64,000 nt of DNA from Octopus vulgaris (Eukaryota), in assembly GCA_951406725.2 (NCBI GenBank), contig OX597817.1:70680001-70744000 (forward strand), given 5' to 3'. A program made the position numbers and the translations under genes. Under the pieces are notes generated by a model. It searched no databases, was not told the origin of the DNA, and saw only the letters and a list, made by a program, of their open reading frames with translations. Positions 24,275 through 37,819 of this stretch are shown here, piece after piece; position 1 is the first letter of the stretch, and each line of letters starts with the position of its first letter.

Positions 24275-25190
24275 AGAGTAGCTTCTCCTGGACCTGTGTT
24301 AGATGCATTATATCCCAGCTAGAAGGATATGCCTTTGCTATCCAGAAACAGGAAATAGCTACAAAATTCCTGATAAAATAGAGAGACAGAGATACCACTA
24401 AACTCAGCTATGCTATACCAGTGTGGAAGATATCACCCACATCATCAAAATCAGCTGCTCCAAAATGTCTATGCAATACTTGTTTCTAAGGCATGAAATA
24501 GTTGCAAAAACTATTTACTATTTACAATGCTATCTACAAGATGGATGCAAGATGGATTACTCTGACGAATACATCAAAGGCATGTCAGAACTAGCAGGTA
24601 TTTACGCCTTTAAAAGCAAGGAATACTGATGGAACACTACAACAAAAGCAGCAGTTTGGTGCAAACATAACAGACCTGATATTGTTTTGTGGAACAGAGA
24701 ACAAAAGTCATGCACTGGTGAAGAGGTCAGCTGCTCAGCAGATGTGAATGTACCATCAAAGGTCCAAGATAAAGAGAACATGAATTAATGTGAAACATAC
24801 AGCTCTTGTATGCTGACTATAAATTCTCATTTTGTATCTATCATCATAGGTACATTTGGCTATGAACCTACAGATTTACACAAAAATAAACAGGAAATAC
24901 TAGATTTTTCAAAGAAAGAGCTAAAAAAAACAAAAAAACTGACACGCATTCTCTAAATCCAATCTATTAGCGGCACAGTGAAGATTTGTAAGACATTCCA
25001 AAGATTCTCCATCTGAGATTTTTAGATGAACAGATGCACACACTTGGGTGTGTGCATCAACAGTTCAACCAACACACCAACTCAACCACACATTTACAAA
25101 CACTGGGAACTCTCTTAATTCAAAAAGTCTTGTCACTTTGTTAGCGACTGGCTCGAACTCTCTCAAGAAGAACTTAAATAAAACTTAAAA
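24275..25190 (+). mobile_element. R4/Dong-like non-LTR retrotransposon 3' part (CCHC plus restriction-like endonuclease)
   Basis: SQLEGYAFAIQKQEIATKFL, EDITHII..RHEIVAK, CKHNRPDIVLW..EVSC, IIIGTFGY, IQSISGTVKICKTF. Confidence 0.8.
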
Positions 25191-25264
25191 GACAAAATCG
25201 CTCCAGAATGGCTGCAGTCAAATGACAGAAACAAGTAAAAGAATAAAAGAATACATACATACAT

Positions 25265-25555
25265 AAGCTAATTTGAAGACTACAGATCCAATCCATCACT
25301 GGAACTGTAAAAATCTGTAAAATTTTCCAGAAGTTTATCATTTTAAATATATATGAGCATGTCTAAATATTCAACTATATGCATGAGAATACACACATAA
25401 AACAAAATATACAAATCTGCACTTATACATACATACAAACAAACAAAAATACCCTGTTGTTGGTGTTGAAATTCCAATGAAGGCATTTTGGATCTATGTT
25501 AGAAACCAGCTCTTTCTCTATTGACAAGAAATCTTGAAATAAAACTGAATAATGA
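25265..25555 (+). mobile_element. Second R4/Dong-like family, ORF end plus 3' UTR
   Basis: KLI*RLQIQSITGTVKICKIFQKF; CATA repeats on both flanks; copies at 11160 and 58000-58325 (-). Confidence 0.75.
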
Positions 25556-26310
25556 CATGCATACATACATGCTTTTAAGCATGTGCGCTTTTATGTATGT
25601 GTCATTTATAGAAGCAGCTGCAACTTCATAAATTCTACGATTTCCAAACTTTGGATAACTGTGATCAATAGAAAAAGTAGTATATGAAATGGTAAATAAC
25701 AAATCATATTCTGTGACAACATTTCTCATGTCATATTGGTCACAATTTTTGCTGAGATGACAAATGAAAAACTCCGATTACTGACATATGAAGTTTGAAG
25801 TTTCAACTTCCAGTAAATGTATTAAAGAATTCTTATTGAGTACTCCTTTCTCATTCACACAATCATATATACACGTGTGTGGGCGTTTACATACAAACAC
25901 ACATATCTATATATACATACATATTTGACCTATATATGTATATATATATATATATGCATATGTATGCATATATATATATATATGTATGATTGCATGCACA
26001 CATGTATACTTATACACACACACACACATACCAGTGATGTAGCAAAAGGGTGCCGCCCGGGACAGCCCTTGCGTAAGAAGCCCCATAAAAGCATAGCCCA
26101 GGGGGCACCGCCCCCAACACCCTCGCTTTGCTACCGATACGCACGCATGCACTTATACACACGCACACATATATATGTGTGTGTGTGTGTGTATGTATAA
26201 AGGACAGGCCGAAAGTCAGGAAACGGTTTCACAATTTAATTAACTCATTCATTTCTAGTTTTAATTGGTGTCATGTACTGCACACGTATAGCAATGTACG
26301 CAAAATATGT

Positions 26311-26345
<35 letters not shown>

Positions 26346-29300
26346 CGTGTGTGCTCGCGCGCGCGCGAGTGTGGGTGTGCGCGCGAGTGCGTATGTATGT
26401 ATGTATGTACATATGTACATATGTTTGTATTATATAGTATGATATATTTATAAGCTTCCAAATTTAGAAAGCAGATTCTCAGGGGAACGTCAGAGCACAC
26501 GCACAAACCGCTAGAAATATTTTAAAAAATATATCCAGACAGTCTTCCGGGCACATGGCCTCTTTTGGTTCCACACCCTCACAAGCGGAACTGAAAACTG
26601 AATGGCCGATCCATTCATCGAAAGCGTGTTTACTATATTCCTCACGCACCATTCATGAAATCTCCTAATAGTAACCGCGACTATATACATACATGCATAT
26701 ATATACTTACACACAAATACATACGTGCACATAGATACATACATACGCACGCACGCACGTGTGTATGATGTGTATATATTTTAATTTTTGACATTGTCAC
26801 AAAACGACAGTTATCTTTCAAGAGAGGGTTGTGATTACATTACATCAACGTCAGTACATTTACGACCCCCGAATAATATGAAAGCGGTGAAGTTGATATG
26901 GACGGGTTTTGAACTTAGAATGTATAATATCAGTTAACTAAATAGAACAAAGTATTTTTGTCTAACCGCTCAATCTATTCTGCAAATCCAGACGATGATG
27001 ATAATAGGCGTTAAGAAGCATCTAACTGCGATAATATGCATAACGGCAACGAGACATGGAGCCCGGGCTAATGAAGATGGTCGCCCGACATGCTTGAAAT
27101 AGCAGTCATATATCTTTCTATTCACTCGCACCACCATTAAATTTGAAAATATACTTAAGAAACGGAATGACACATTGAATAATGTAGCCCTAGATTCACT
27201 ATAAAAGACGGAATGGTTTCAGCTGGAATGTCTTTGATCATAAGGTTTGCACGATCGGCGGGGAAGATCTAGGGTTAAAAAAAAATAACATCAACAAGAA
27301 CGAAAAGAAAGAATAATTATAATATGCACAATAATAATAATAGTTTCATCATACGTACATATATTGGTAGCCATAGTAGGATAAACCAGTGGTAAACGAG
27401 TAAAATGTACTATAGAAAGTGGATTGTCCAAAGTGTAAGAAGAAAAAATAATAATAGTGAATGACGGTTATACGGCGACGATGACGGTTTCTGTAGTAGA
27501 AGCAGCAGCAGCAGCAACAGCAGAATAGCAGCAGCAGCAGCTACACTGCAGTAGTAGTAATAGTAATCGTAGTGTCAGCAACAGTATCTACTGCAGTAGT
27601 AGCTGTGGTATGTACTATTATAGCCGTTAATTGATATCTATAAGTGTAGTAAAGAGTGTTTTTCACTAGTGTTGTTGTTGTTTAGTCCCAATTTATCCTT
27701 CATCGAGCAAAACCATTCTGAAAAGCATTCCAGCCGTAACTATCTTTAACCCCACCCCACAACGCCAACCGCATTCTATTTAGGGCTACATTATCCATTC
27801 TACCTTTCCTATTTTTACAAGTTGGAAGGGTATGTTTTTGAGGCTAATTTAGTTGCTAAAGTAGAGGCTTCGGTACGTTTTGTTGTTGTTCTTGTTTAAC
27901 CCGAGGTAAGTCCTAATTGAAAAGAGCTATAATCCCATCGTTTTCAGTATCAGACTTTTATACATTATCCACTATCCCTTCCTTTATTTAACGCTGTAGA
28001 GGGTGCGATCTGAGGTAAATGTGGCTAAATATTTCTGAGAGGTTTAACGTCTACGTAGAGACCCCGTTTATTGTTTAAAGGGTGGTCGGTGGAGTAACTG
28101 AATCAGTGAGATGTCAGCGGATAAACTGCCTGACGGTATTTAATCGTGTTATTTAATATTCCGAATTGAAATTCCGTCGAGGTCACATTTGCTTTCATCC
28201 GTAGGGACTGAGCACAAGTTACCAATCAAGCCCTAAGGTCCATAAAATCAGGACGATGCTAAAAAGGAAGCACATGCTTAGACCACCAAAGAAGGGGATG
28301 CCACAGAATTTTTTCCAATGCTGGATTTTAAGACTGCTGCAAATAAATGGTATAACAGACTTTTTTTTTTCTTAATGAATTAGATACCTTAAATCTAAGT
28401 TGCTAATTTATTCATATTAATTACTGCTATATAGTGTTTAATAAGTAAATTTAAAAACAGATATAGAGCTCTGGAAGTCGAGCCTACAAGTTAATCGAGA
28501 AGAAACCCCTAACTTTTAGTCAGTTATTTCACATTTAGTGATTATTTATAAACCTGCAGGGTTTGGGAGTCACCTAGATTAACGAGATTGTTGTCAACAA
28601 TAATGTTCCTCTAAATATTACCAAGCCAATATATATATATAGGTTAAGACACGTGCAGGAAAGGAATGTCTAAGGAGCCACATTCTGATGAGGAAACTCT
28701 GGGTACAGTGATTAGCGTAGGGCATGAGGGGTGGGGTGGGGTTCAACACAAAATGGGTAACGAGAGTAAGAGAGATCTGTAAATAGTAATGCTGAAGTAA
28801 AGTTAGCGTGAACTCAGCCAGCTTCAAGAAGTTTGAGAATTTGTTTTCATGTCTTGTTACAACAGACAGGTCAAAGAGAAGCCATTGCTGGGGCAGTATG
28901 TGGCGCATCCTCAGCTGGCCTTAATCAAGCTTGGGATATAAAAGACATTGTCCTTTATACAAAGTATGCAGCACCGGTGGCTATGATGTTGTTCTTACCC
29001 TTACCACATATGTGCCTTTGTGGCTATGTTACTGCTGTCGTTGATAGGTAGTATTAATAAGGCACTGAACAATATACCTTGTGGTATTTACTATTGTCCT
29101 TTTTTTGCATTCTGTGTTCAGAATGAACTGAAGTAGACTTTCTATTTTTCATTTTTCTGGAGTTGGTAAAATATGTGCTGATCAAATCCAGGAACCTGTT
29201 TAATTAATTAGTCATGCCATTCCTCCCAAAAATGTGTGGCATTGTACCAATGTTAGACATTGCAATATCTAACAATAGATTTAGCACTGGGGTATTCAGT

Positions 29301-30841
29301 AACACTCTCAACATTTTGAGTTCAAATCCCACTATAGCCAACCTTGTAAGTGCTGGAGTTAATTAAATTACCTACATGCCACTTTGTAAATTTGAGATAT
29401 TGTACCAGTGAAACCATTACTACAGCTGCTGCTGTTGTTGTTGTTGTTGTTAAGCAACAAGATGGGTAAGGGTGATTAGGTGATGGTTTAGGGCTTAGGG
29501 GCGGGAGACCCCAGACCTTGGGAAAAAAAACTTTGGTCGTCTTGTAGTCGAAGGCTCTTCGTTGACGCCCGATACCACTGGGAGGTGGCCCTCAAAGTCG
29601 CTTCAAATGGAGATCTCCAGGTCCAAATTCTTGAATGGCTGCTGCTGCTGTCGTTTAATTCAGGGCCAGTTTTGCTTGACATTCTAGCTATGACCATCCC
29701 ATCTTTTAGACGCATATAGGACCAATATTATGTAATGAGATTGTTCCTTATATCAGAAAATAAGGTATGATTTGAAATGGATTTGACTGCCATTAATAAC
29801 AGAGTGACTCTATAGGACAGTCATAAGCAAATTGTGACCCATGGAACTTTCTGAATAGCAAACCTAAATTACTTTGAATTTGTTTTAGTTCTGAAGTTTA
29901 CTTCTGATATAAAAAGTTGCCTATGCCTGCTATGATAGAGTGTTGTTGTTGTTGGTATTGTTGATATTGTTTTTATTGCTTACTCAGGAGGTCGATGTAC
30001 AGTTCCTATGACCTTTGCAGACTATTCAAGACTCACAAGATTGTTACATAGATTAAGGAGTTGTATTTTGAATGTTACAAATAAAAACATTCTTCAATAA
30101 TTATGACTTTAAACTGTATCCAGTAGAAGGGCCCTGGTTTGAGAGTTCCAAGTTTTTGAGGAGTGCGGAACCACTATTTAGCTTGCCAGGGTCCTAGTCA
30201 TGGATTAAATACCATGTAACCACCAAACAAGAGTACACTGAAATCATGGGATGCAGCATGGTGGGTGTGAACAATTTCAGCAAATGAACAGGCCCATCAC
30301 CAGACTTTGGTGCCTGGGGGTGCTTCAGAATATTCTGGGTAGGCTCTAATTTGTATTGTAGGAAGGTTTTTGTTAAACTGTATTTTCTAAATCTGAGGAT
30401 AGACCGATGAATAGTAAGAGTACAATACTGTCCAGTGCACTCCCTTAGCAATGGCCAGGCAAATGAATGTTATTAAAGCAATGGTGGTTATCACTTGATG
30501 CTGAATGAATGAACAGAAAATAAACTGCTAATGGCCAGGATCAATCAGTTCAGTGAGCAAACTACTGCTATCTTCTATCATCGTGACATGCACAAATGAG
30601 ATATTTCAGCTGGCATAAGACCAGTGTGACTAAAATCCAGGCTAGATGTTCATGCCGCATCACCCCACTAGGACATTTGGCATGGAAGGATTGCATTGGT
30701 CCAGGCAAGTCATCCAACTAAATAATGAATTGATTAACCCTTTAGCTTTTAGATTTCTTTGTCAAATGTAAAGCTTATTTATTTACATTGAATTAACCAT
30801 GCATTATCTTGTAACTAAGATTTCGATTATAGGATTGCTTA

Positions 30842-32042
30842 CGAGGGGTGTATGAAAAGTTTTGAGCCTAATCTAGAAACGGGGCTGCAAGGTAGTTGAA
30901 ACAATTTTTTATGGTAAGTACAGTCTTTTCAGAGTATTCTTGCTCATTTTCATGATTCTGATATTTTAATTTTTTTTTTGTTACAGATTTTTGAATAAAC
31001 AAGTGTCGAGGTTACAAGGAAAATGGAGAAAACTGAGTATCATGCTGTCATGAAGTGCCTTCATTTGAAAGGCATGACTCCATCAGAAATCCATGAAGAT
31101 ATGGTGAGAACCTTAACAGACAATGCTCCTTCATATGCAACTGTCAAATGCTGGGTAAATGAATTCCAGCGTGGCAGAGAGAGTGTGGAAGATGATCCCA
31201 GACCAGGGAGGCCTCCAACTGCAACTACCAAGGAGAACATTGACCTTGCTCTTGGTATGATAATGCAAGATCATCAAATATCATGTCACCAGATAGCTGA
31301 GAGACTGGGCATCTCAAATGAAAGAGCAGACAACATTGTGACAAAAGAACTTGGGTTCTCAAAGGCTTCTGCAATGTGGGTCCCTTACCTTTTGACTCCT
31401 GAACAGAAACACACCAGGTGCACTTTGCCCACGAGCAATCTGGAACTGTTTGAAGCCAATGAAGAGAATTTTCTTGCTCGTTTTATTATTATGGACGAAA
31501 GATGGGTTCATCACTACCAGCCTGAAACCAAAGAACAATCAAAGCAGTGGAAGCACACATCTTCCCCTATCCTAAAGAAGGCCAGGTCATTCCTTCAGCT
31601 GGCAAGGTCATGGCATCAGTTTTTGGGATTCTCAAGGTGTCTTGCTGATCGATTACCTTGAAAAGCTACTGTAATGCCACGACAATGCTCCAGCCCACAC
31701 CTCAGTGGTTGCCATGGCAACAATTCGTGATTGTAGATACGAACTTGTTCCCCATCTGCCTTATTCGCCAAACTTAGCCCCCTCTGACTTTCATCTATTC
31801 CCAAAAATGAAAAAAAGCCCTGGTTAGTTGCCATTTTGCCACTGACAATGACGTCATAGACACTGTAGGACGTTTCTTAGAGTCTCAAACAAAAGAGTTC
31901 CTCTACGCCGGGATAATGGCACTTCAGCGCCACTGGAGAAAGAGTTCAGCCATCAAAGGGGACTATGTGGAAAAATAAATCATCAGAAGTCTTGTACTAT
32001 GTTTTGTTTTTTTGAGGTTCAAGACTTTTTAGACACCCCTCG
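30842..32042 (+). mobile_element. Mariner transposon with both TIRs and TA TSD, internally deleted
   Basis: TA|CGAGGGGTGTATGAAAAGTTTTGAGCCT ... AGGTTCAAGACTTTTTAGACACCCCTCG|TA. Confidence 0.93.
31023..31978 (+). pseudogene. Mariner transposase pseudogene
   Basis: SVEDDPRPGRP, MWVPYLLTPEQK, IIMDERWVHHYQPETKEQSKQW, then a frameshift and a deletion before HDNAPAH; YSPNLAPSDFHLFP; GDYVEK*. Confidence 0.9.
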
Positions 32043-32499
32043 TACTTTTAAAATGAGATTGTAGGGTAGGTGTGAGAGACTGTATTTGGCCATTTTGAAC
32101 ATAAGACAAATAGAATATTTTGGCTGGGTATGGCTGGATTGAATGCGAAAAGGTTAAAGTTTCCCTCTAAGTTGGAGAAATAAAACAACCACGATAAAGA
32201 ATCTAAAGGTAATTACTAGTGACTCTCAAAGAAGAGGAGAAATAATTTCAAGAAGTTATGAATTAATCTCTAAGAGTTAATTCACATACTGAGGAAAATG
32301 TCTGATATTTGTTTGCAGATAAGGAGCAACTATGGACATTTGTTTTTACCTGTAGCCTGCTTGAACAGTTTATAAAGAATTTTAGGGAAAGAATAGATTT
32401 ACAAATAGAACTATTTATTTATTTATTTTATTCTATTTATCTATTTTTTTACAAAAAGTTTCCAATAATTTAGTATGGTAGACATTTGCATTACTCTTT

Positions 32500-32842
32500 T
32501 TACTCTTACTCTTTTACTTGTTTCAGTCATTTGACTGTGGCCATGCTGGGGCACTGCCTTTAGTCAAGCACATCGACCCCAGGACTTATTCTTTGTAAGC
32601 CTAGTACTTATTCTATTGGTCTCTTTTGCCGAACCACTAAGTTACGGGGACGTAAACACACCAGCATCGGTTGTCAAGCGATGTTGGGGGGACAAGCACA
32701 GACACACAAACATATACACACAGACATACATACATATATATACATACAATGGGCTTCTTTCAGTTTTCATCTGCCAAATCCACTCACAAGGCTTTGGTTA
32801 GCCCGAGCCTATAGTAGAAGACACTTGCCCAAGGTGCCACAT
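32500..32842 (-). mobile_element. SINE (4883 family), head truncated
   Basis: TGTTTCAGTCATTTGACTGTGGCCATGCTGG..AAGACACTTGCCCAAGGTGCCAC. Confidence 0.85.
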
Positions 32843-33743
32843 TGTTGACAAATTAAATGAGCTAAGGAAATAACTCAGATATACCATTTGAGTTCACATG
32901 AATTTGGATAAATAAAGAATGATATATTCGATGACATCATCATTTATCTAACATCCACGTTCCATGTTGACATGACCTGGACAGTTTAGCTGGCTATGTC
33001 ATATACTAGAAACATGGAGAAAACAAAAACCTATAAACAGTTAACAACACATATAAAGAAGACATAATTCCAATGAATTAAGAATCAATCTCTCAAAGTT
33101 AATTATATATGTTAAAGAGTAGGAATGTCTGATCTTTCTTTGCAGAGAAGAGACATCTAGAGACATGCTCTAGTCTTTTTGATTTAACTTCATAATTATA
33201 ATATAGTCTAATCAAGCCTACTTTAATCAATTGACTAAGATTCTTAACACTTTTGGCAGTCAATATTAGCTGTGCATTTGCACATTTGTGCTGGCTTGGA
33301 CAAGACTTTTTTTCCCTTCTTCTCAGTGTTATGTAAGTCACTCTACTGAAAGTAATATGACCCACTCTTCTCAATACGGTATACTTCAGTCTTTCTCATT
33401 GATGTTGGATCCACTTTATCTGAGCAAAAGGATAAGACAATGATGACAATAGATACTAACAATGTGATATAGAACTAGTTAGAGCTGTGGGCCAAAAATT
33501 TTAAGAATCATTATACTACAGGGATCCTTCCCCATGTGTCTGGAGTGTGTTAATAGGTGTTTCTTTTGTAAAAATTTATCCAAGACAAGATTAAGATATT
33601 TGGTTGGTTTGATCCACCCAAACCTGACCTCCTACTATTTTACATTGTTACACGATGTCTCACACACACACATGCATGCACACACACACACACACATTTT
33701 GTGATATACATACATGTATATGTATTTATATAATATGTATATA

Positions 33744-34084
33744 TGATCAACATCAGTGGAAATTGCAGCTGTGGTTAAGCGAACCATCCGATCGTGGCCG
33801 TTGCCGGCGCCGCCCCGTCTGGCCTCCGTGCCGGTGGCACGTAAAAGCACCATCCGTTCGTGGCCGTTTGCCAGCTCCGTCTGGCACCTGTGCAGGTGGC
33901 ACGTAAAAAGCACCCACTACACTCACGGAGTGGTTGGCGTTAAGAAGGGCATCCAGCCGAAGAAACACTGCCAGATCAGACTGGGTCTGATGCAGCCTTC
34001 CGGCTTCACAGTCCCCAGTTGAACCGTCCAACCCATGCTAGCATGGAAAGCGGACGCTAAATGATGATGATGATGATGATGATG
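33744..34084 (+). mobile_element. Young (TGA)n-tailed SINE-like copy with CpGs intact
   Basis: Repeated TGGCACGTAAAAGCACC modules; (GAT)n tail; ATGTATATA on both sides. Confidence 0.75.
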
Positions 34085-34987
34085 ATGTATATACCTGTAT
34101 ATGTGTATATACATCACCTGTGCTTTCCATCCACTTCATTCCCTTTCCCTCCAGGTACCTCTCAATCTCACCTGTTGAATCTCTTTCCCACAGCATATCC
34201 TCCTAACGACCCTTCCACCGCTCTCATTTTGTAATCTTGTGAACCTACCAACCCTCTCACCCTGCTCGATCCTTGGTTCAGCTTCATTTGCACCCCACTC
34301 ATCTACCCTCTACATTTTCTCTCTCTCTCTCTCTCTTTCTCTCTCTCCTCTCTCCATCTTCTTTCTTTGTCTTTCTGTCTCCTACTGAGGTAACCATGTA
34401 TCTTCTTTACTACAAGGCATTTCTGTTCCCACTACTCATACTTCTCTCATTCGGCACAAAGCAACCTTCCTCAATACTAACCCCTCCCTCATCTAAGGGG
34501 TCTAGTCTTGTAAATTATTCGGTGACCTTATGCTGCTGATGCCATATAAAAAAGCGTCCAGTACACTCTGTAAAGTGATTGGCATTAGGAAGGGCATCCA
34601 GCTGTAGAAACCATGCCAAAGCCGACAGCAGCCTTGGCACAGTCCTCTGACTTACGAGCATGGAAAGTAGACATTAAATGATGATGATGATGATGATATA
34701 TACGTATGTATGTATGTATGTATGTATGTATGTATGTACATATGTATGTATGTCCAAATAGATGTTGTACGATCTTTGTAAACAAAACTTTCATTCATAG
34801 TGTCATTTGTTTCTAGTTCTCTGCATAAAAATTGTTTATTGTTAATAGACTGAGAGATTATTGGAAACAAGTCAGGCTTGTTGGCAACAGGAAGAATACC
34901 TCAGCGTAGAAAAAATTTCTGTCGTTACATTCTCTAAACCCATGCAAGCATGCAAAAGTAGATGTTAAAGCAACGATGATAATGTTG

Positions 34988-35048
<61 letters not shown>

Positions 35049-35110
35049 TGTACATATATATGTATGTACTTGTATGTATATATACATATGTGTGTGTATA
35101 CAAACATATA

Positions 35111-35142
<32 letters not shown>

Positions 35143-35271
35143 TTCTAGTAGTCCTTATAGGTTTGTTATTGATTGGATTACTCAATTGCCCCATTGATCA
35201 GTTGAGAAGAATTGAATGATCTAGAGAATTAATGCTACTTTTACTAGTCATTTCTGGTTACACACACACAA

Positions 35272-35312
<41 letters not shown>

Positions 35313-35329
35313 GAACCAATAAGGAGCCA

Positions 35330-36890
35330 CCATGCATGTAAAGGCATAATGGGATCTGACTTCACTTGAACACATGGAAACACAGACTAGCATGAATGGT
35401 AAGCCCCCAAAATCTAGGAGCATAGTGATCAGGGGAGGCAAATTAACAAATAGAATCAAGCTGCACGTGCAAGGAGAGGCTATTCCATCAATAGTGGAAA
35501 ATCTAGTCAAATGCTTTGGGAGGAAGTCTGACAATTCTCTCTCTGACAGAGAAGTAATGGTCACCAATACTGAGAAGCAAGCAGAAGAGTGACTGAGGAG
35601 GAATGAAAAATCAGAGCTTTCAGGAAAATACAAGGCATGGCTCTACCAACACAGATTTCTCCCAAGAACCATGTGGTTATTGCATGAGATTCTAATGATA
35701 AGTGTAGAACAAGGGGAGATGAAGGTAAACAAATACCTCTGAAGGTGGCTAGGTGTCCCTCCAAGCTCCACTTCAATAAGCCAGTAAATAAGATCTGAAA
35801 ATCTCAAACTTCCTCTGTCATCCATGGTGGTGGAATTCAAGTTTGTGAAATGCAGAGCTGTAATGATGTACAGGAACTCCCAGGATGAGCATATCAGACA
35901 TGCAGGTATCATAACAAGGTTTAGGCAAAAGTTGGTGGCTAGCACAAGAGTTGCAGAGACTGCAAGCATGTTGAAACTGCACAGCATCATTGGGATCACA
36001 TGCAGTGGATGGCAGAATCTTAGTTCTTCCCATTTCCAACTATGGAAGAAGGCAGATATTATTAGAGAGAGAGGTGAGTCATGATCCAGGCAGAGGTATT
36101 GAAGCTGGAGGAAGAAAGAAGGTCAAGAGTTGTGGAGCTGGTATCTCAAGGAGCTTGGACTAAATGGGACCTCCCTGAAATGAAGGTCACATGGATAGAC
36201 TTGTGAAGACTGGAACCTTTCCATATCTCTTTCCTGCTGTGGAGGGTGTGTGACTCAGTCTCAATACCTACAAACCTGCACAGATGTGTAGACTTTGCAG
36301 TAAAACGGGCACCTTGGCACTTATCTTGTCAGGGTCCAAAATAGTACTTACTCAAGGGAAATACAAGCGACACCATGATAAGGTGCTTGCAACACTTGCC
36401 CACAGTCTGGAACAGGAAAGGTTCAAGAAATACTATCAACAGGGGAAGATAACAGCAGCAATCAAGTTTGTGAAAGAGGGACAAAAGCCATCAAAAAGGA
36501 CAAAGCGCCTACTACACAGGGCCTAATCATAGGGATATGAAAGTGGGCATGAGGAAAGACTCCAGTTTCTCCAGATCATCCATACAACACTGAAGCCAGG
36601 TGTAGTTTTGTGGTCTGAAAAGGCAAGTAAAATAATTTTGATTAAGCTTGCAGTCCCATGGGAAGAAGAGTGTGATCAAGCCTACAAAGTACAAGAGCCT
36701 TCTGCAGGATTGCAGGGAGAAAGGATAGTGTTACACAGCTTTTCCCAGTCAAGGTTGTCTGTAGGGAAATTTTCTGCCCATCCGGTATGGAAGAGGCTTA
36801 CAGCCATTGGAATGAAAGGAAAAGAGTGAAAGGGTAGTTGTGTGTAGGGTAGGGGAGGCAGCAGAGAGAGCTGCTTATAGAGCAAGAGAG
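35330..36890 (+). mobile_element. HERO-like (REL-endonuclease) non-LTR retrotransposon, 5'-truncated and decayed
   Basis: KPPKSRSIVIRGGK, GKYKAWLYQH, RWLGVPPS, LKLPLSS.VVEFK, SQGAWTKW, PTNLHR..CRLC..HHDKVL, TTLKPGVVLWS..LAVPWEE. Confidence 0.85.
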
Positions 36891-36929
36891 GGGAGTTAAA
36901 CTAGAAGTTAAGCTTATCTAGAGGCCTAA

Positions 36930-37530
36930 CATTCTAGAGAAGGACTGAGTACAAAGATTACTGTTGGAGCTTGCAGAGTTGGATTCAACAAAGGTGATGG
37001 ATCCTGGATAAATGAATGAATCAGGAATGTCTGAGTTAAGACAGGACAAGACCAGCTAGGTCCAATGAACAGAGGCCATTAAAGAATCAGTGGAAAAGCC
37101 AGAGAGAAGAGACAGCCAGCCTGTGAACCAGAGGCTGGAGTATGTCTGCAAGTGATTTATGCCAGTCAGTCAAAGGAATTTTCTCTGGATGAGAGTAACA
37201 CTTCATTGTTGGCTTCATCTGTGCTTGGTAGAAAGTCAGTGCTGGAAGTGAGGTGTTGAAATATGTTTTGTCTCCCAGTCTTTGTGAAGAGGTCCAAGCT
37301 ATGATAAGGAACTGCTTTCATCAGGAAAGAAATTCAATGAAGTCTAACATTTAAAGAGACATTGCTTGTGATTTTAGCAGTTAAAAGGGACGTGTTTAAC
37401 ATAGCCTCACTGGAAGATGCTTTTAAGATCTCTGTTCTTCCAATCAGTATAGATCTGATATGTGGTACCTGTGTTGCATATGAAAGATGCATCATTGGGG
37501 AATGTTGAGAAGGAGACTCCCCTTCTCATG
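36930..37530 (-). mobile_element. Old CR1-group LINE C-terminal remnant
   Basis: Frameshifted LTFYQAQMKPTMKCYSH and QPLVHRLAVSSLWLFH*FFNGLCS..LAGLV. Confidence 0.55.
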
Positions 37531-37819
37531 TGAAGCTGTCTTTAATCACTGTTTCGTAATTATGATACATCCTCTAGATAATTCTAACAAATCAGGAATT
37601 TATGTTGCATGGTATATATCTGTATTTATGTATGTTATTCAAACACATATTTCTTGCCACTCTGAGTTATTTCTCTCAGCTCATTTTTCTATAAATTATG
37701 CAAATTATCTAGGCCTTAAATATGTTTTACCCCTTTTTGTATAAGTCTAAGGCCCTTGGCCAATGGAAATAAATGTTGCAAATTTTTGTGCTGGTGGTAG
37801 CTATTGAACTAAAAACATA

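Larger units (their letters stand above)
30738..32153. mobile_element. TTAA-flanked (piggyBac-like) MITE interrupted by a mariner
   Basis: TTAA|CCCTTTAGC ... GCGAAAAGG|TTAA; about 215 bp once the mariner is removed. Confidence 0.6.

Noticed and set aside
28685-28700. CTGATGAGGAAAC hammerhead-like word
   Set aside because: No stem II and no supporting stems I or III.
28866-28963. Apparent AG/GT-bounded exon TGQREAIAGAVCG..
   Set aside because: No recognisable protein, and its 3' part loosely resembles the dispersed repeat at 27670-27740.
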